From the IMG/VR virus record IMGVR_UViG_3300021256_000029, positions 1 through 42,263 of that record: 42,263 nucleotides of DNA; one strand, 5' to 3'. A program made the position numbers and the translations under genes. This DNA comes from a virus. The notes beneath the pieces were generated by a model, which was given only the letters and a program-made list of their open reading frames with translations, did not search any database and was not told the DNA's origin. Within the stretch, counting starts at the first letter, position 1. Each line of letters starts with the position of its first letter. Shown here in pieces: positions 40,140 through 42,263 of the stretch.

Positions 40140-40557
40140 TTTTGTATTCGCGTTTTAACTGTTCGATGGTCAACAGGTTTTGCCGGTATATCCGCATATT
40201 TTCGCGGTCGCCATTTTCCCAACGGTTGTGCATTTCGAAACAAAGGATGTTGACGTTTCGCGGGTCGTGTGCCATTTCCGGGTGTGCCCCGCGTGTCATT
40301 ATGTGCGAAATGTACGTGGCCGAATATTGGCGCAAAGGCCGCATCGTTTCCGAACATATATGCGGGTAATGGTCCCAACAAAACCGGTAAAATCGTTCGT
40401 TTTCGGCCGGGGTATGGCCTGTTCCGAACAATTCCCGTTGTATTGATACCCGCAAATTGATTTCAACCGCAAACCGGCGGTCAATCAACGGTTCGTATCC
40501 ACGTTGGCGGGCGTAATCGTACAATTCCCGGGTATCAATTACAATCGGTTCCATCAT
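40129..40557 (-). CDS. HNH/His-Me-finger-like nuclease (NinG/Rap-like?), 142 aa
   Basis: CSETMRPL...YISHIMTRGAHPEMAHDPRNVNILCFEMHNRWENG resembles a Cys...H...N...C..H finger. TAATG overlap with the upstream gene. Confidence 0.4.
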   Translation of the reverse strand: MMEPIVIDTRELYDYARQRGYEPLIDRRFAVEINLRVSIQRELFGTGHTPAENERFYRFCWDHYPHICSETMRPLRQYSATYISHIMTRGAHPEMAHDPRNVNILCFEMHNRWENGDRENMRIYRQNLLTIEQLKREYKNAK

Positions 40558-41186
40558 TACATTTCGGGCATATCGTCGCCGGTTCCGTCATTGGCGGCCG
40601 TTCCGGATTCCCCGGCCGGGGCCTGTTCGCCGTTGTCGCCGAACAATGATAATTGGGCCTGTTTCCCGTTGAACAAAAATTGGTAAACCTCTGTTTTGAT
40701 TGCTTCCACAATCTTTTCCAATTCTTCTTCAAACCCGAACGAAATTGTGGCCATCTTAATACGCGGGGTATTGATGCACGTTTTTAGGCCGTTGGGGGTT
40801 TCGAACACGGCGGTAATGACAACGCCGGTGTTGTCGTCGGTTCCGGACCAAGACACGCCGCGAACATCAATTTTTGCAATCAGTTCATCGGCAAATGCAC
40901 GGGCCAACATCTTTTTGGATTCGGGCAATTTCATTTCGTCGGAATCCAAGAACGTCAAAAATGACGTAATGTTGAACACGCGGCCCACAATCGGGCGCAA
41001 ATCCTCAAACAGTCCGCGCAAATCCGGGTGGATGTCACGGGAAACGTTTGCGTGGTAATCAGTCACGGACGGTTCGCCGCCCACGGTTTCCGTCACTTGG
41101 TAATCGGCTTGCAACCCGCCGTTGGGGTTCAACTTGACCTTGGAAAGATTGTAATTTTTTTCGGTCGGAATGGTCTTTTGTTCCAT
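40557..41186 (-). CDS. Hypothetical protein with consensus beta-clamp-binding motif QLSLF and SSB-like acidic C-terminus (209 aa)
   Basis: QLSLF lies at aa 178-182 (40641-40655, CAA TTA TCA TTG TTC). The C-terminal tail reads ...GESGTAANDGTGDDMPEM. The ATG is preceded by AATACGATG. Confidence 0.6.
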   Translation of the reverse strand: MEQKTIPTEKNYNLSKVKLNPNGGLQADYQVTETVGGEPSVTDYHANVSRDIHPDLRGLFEDLRPIVGRVFNITSFLTFLDSDEMKLPESKKMLARAFADELIAKIDVRGVSWSGTDDNTGVVITAVFETPNGLKTCINTPRIKMATISFGFEEELEKIVEAIKTEVYQFLFNGKQAQLSLFGDNGEQAPAGESGTAANDGTGDDMPEM

Positions 41187-41191
41187 CGTAT

Positions 41192-41404
41192 TTATTTTTG
41201 TTCGGTTTCCGGTTCCGCCGGAACGGGGTTTAATACGCCAACGGCGATTTCAACCAATTTGTGTAAATCCTCAACAATTGCAAGTTCGGCCGGGTTGGCC
41301 TTGGCCTTGCGTTGATGCGCCAACCAATTCTTGGTGTATTCAAGATAAAAACTTGGCGTGTTGTGGAACGAAATGGTTTGTTCCTGTTTTTGTTCTTTGC
41401 TCAT
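41192..41404 (-). CDS. Hypothetical protein (70 aa)
   Basis: ATG at 41402-41404 (MSKEQKQEQ...), 1 nt after the exonuclease stop. The longer track start is non-ATG. Confidence 0.5.
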   Translation of the reverse strand: MSKEQKQEQTISFHNTPSFYLEYTKNWLAHQRKAKANPAELAIVEDLHKLVEIAVGVLNPVPAEPETEQK

Positions 41405-41405
41405 A

Positions 41406-42248
41406 TTAAAATTCGTTTGCATCCAACAGTTCGGCGGCAAAGCCCGTTATTTTTGCCGAATTTTCGATTTCCGGGGCTTTCGCCGCTTGGACGGGTAATT
41501 TATCATTTTCGGTTTTTGCGTCCAAATTTGAGCCGTTTCCGGGCTTTCCCGGGGATGCGCCAAATTTTTGAGCCGCATCGGCCGCGATTTGGGCGGCGGT
41601 TGTGCTTTCCGGCGCGGGCTTGGCCTGTTCATCCGGGTATTCTTTCACTTTCAGTTCAACCAATCCCAATTCCAAGATAATCGGCAAACACTTGGCAACG
41701 GCCTTTACATCTTCCAACGCATCGTGCGCGGGGAATGTTTCGCCGGGGAAACAACGGGAATACAGTTCGGAAAGATTCGGGAATTTCAACCGGCCGTTGG
41801 CCATCCGGGCGTCAACCCATTTCATCGTCGGGCGCATCGTGTCAATTCGCTTTCCTTTGTACAAAGCGTTTTCCACGTCGTTGGCGTCGTAATATTCCCG
41901 GCCAAGTTCCCGCAAGATATTTGCTTTGATTATGGACGTGTCGAAATGGATGTTGTGGCCGCAAATCAATCCGGCGTCGTGACAATCCTGTATGAACATA
42001 TCCACAACAGACGCGAACGGTTCCCCGTGTTCCAATGCGTATTCCGTGGTTATACCGTGGACGTCAACGGTTTCTTGCGGGATTTCCCACCCATCCGGGC
42101 GGATTATGTGCGTTTCAACCTTGCACCCGTGTAACCACGCAATTTGGACAACGTGCGGGTATTGTTCAAAATCCGTGTCCCAATTCCACGAACGTTCCGG
42201 AATCCCGGTCGTTTCCGTGTCAAAAAATAATACATCGTCAATTGTCAT
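41406..42248 (-). CDS. DnaQ-like DEDDh 3'-5' exonuclease with ~90-aa low-complexity C-terminal extension (280 aa)
   Basis: Exo I FFDTETTG, Exo II GHNIHFD and Exo III HDALEDV. The ATG at 42246-42248 is preceded by GCGATACGAT. Confidence 0.8.
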   Translation of the reverse strand: MTIDDVLFFDTETTGIPERSWNWDTDFEQYPHVVQIAWLHGCKVETHIIRPDGWEIPQETVDVHGITTEYALEHGEPFASVVDMFIQDCHDAGLICGHNIHFDTSIIKANILRELGREYYDANDVENALYKGKRIDTMRPTMKWVDARMANGRLKFPNLSELYSRCFPGETFPAHDALEDVKAVAKCLPIILELGLVELKVKEYPDEQAKPAPESTTAAQIAADAAQKFGASPGKPGNGSNLDAKTENDKLPVQAAKAPEIENSAKITGFAAELLDANEF

Positions 42249-42263
42249 ATCGTATCGCAATTT
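42137..42263. repeat. Second copy of the 127-bp terminal overlap
   Basis: Identical to 1-127. Confidence 0.95.

Noticed and set aside
1-42263. Prophage/lysogeny module (integrase, attP, CI-type repressor) and a diversity-generating retroelement near the fibre.
   Set aside because: I recognised no tyrosine- or serine-recombinase, excisionase or reverse-transcriptase motifs in any frame. The only HTH protein is a 76-aa Cro-sized regulator. No template/variable repeat pair was seen near the fibre 3' end.

Overview
The window is a complete, circularly closed tailed-phage genome that looks siphovirus-like. Bases 1-127 are identical to 42137-42263, so the unique sequence is about 42,136 bp. About 80 tightly packed genes, many with ATGA or TAATG start/stop overlaps, lie on the minus strand. 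The one exception is a 47-codon gene at 12645-12788.

Layout on the minus strand:
- A late block runs from terS (37185) down to a spanin-like gene (14665). In order it holds terS, a GNAT island, terL, a tube-like protein, portal, scaffold, major capsid, neck/tail proteins, a 1162-aa tape measure, tail-tip proteins, a 761-aa fibre with an esterase-like C-terminus, and holin-like, amidase and spanin-like lysis genes.
- Four early operons follow, each starting at a paralogous promoter-leader cassette (14343-14435, 12448-12536, 11311-11402, 3496-3586).
- The early genes encode a DnaQ-like exonuclease, SSB, an ASCH protein, a Rad50/SbcC-like ATPase, a PD-(D/E)XK exonuclease, a RuvC-like resolvase, a MazG-like protein, an HTH regulator, two HNH-type nucleases, many small Cys-rich proteins, and two tRNAs (Leu-CAA, Gln-UUG).

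Promoters are of the Bacteroidota type (TTTG-N19-TAnnTTTG) and no Shine-Dalgarno sequences are visible, so a Bacteroidota host is inferred. I recognised no integrase, DNA polymerase, primase or helicase.

Most unusual signals:
1. A roughly 3-5 fold genome-wide depletion of the AG/CT dinucleotide pair, matched by the two phage tRNAs.
2. No GATC site found anywhere.
3. Early leaders with two hairpins that co-vary between copies.
4. A GCGATACGATG motif on the start codons of the nuclease/recombination genes, with a perfectly antisense copy inside the only plus-strand transcription unit. This is a candidate trans-acting sRNA.
5. A protein with a consensus beta-clamp motif (QLSLF) and an SSB-like acidic tail.

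All functional calls come from motif recognition by eye on translated ORFs. No database search or computation was possible, and counts are hand counts.
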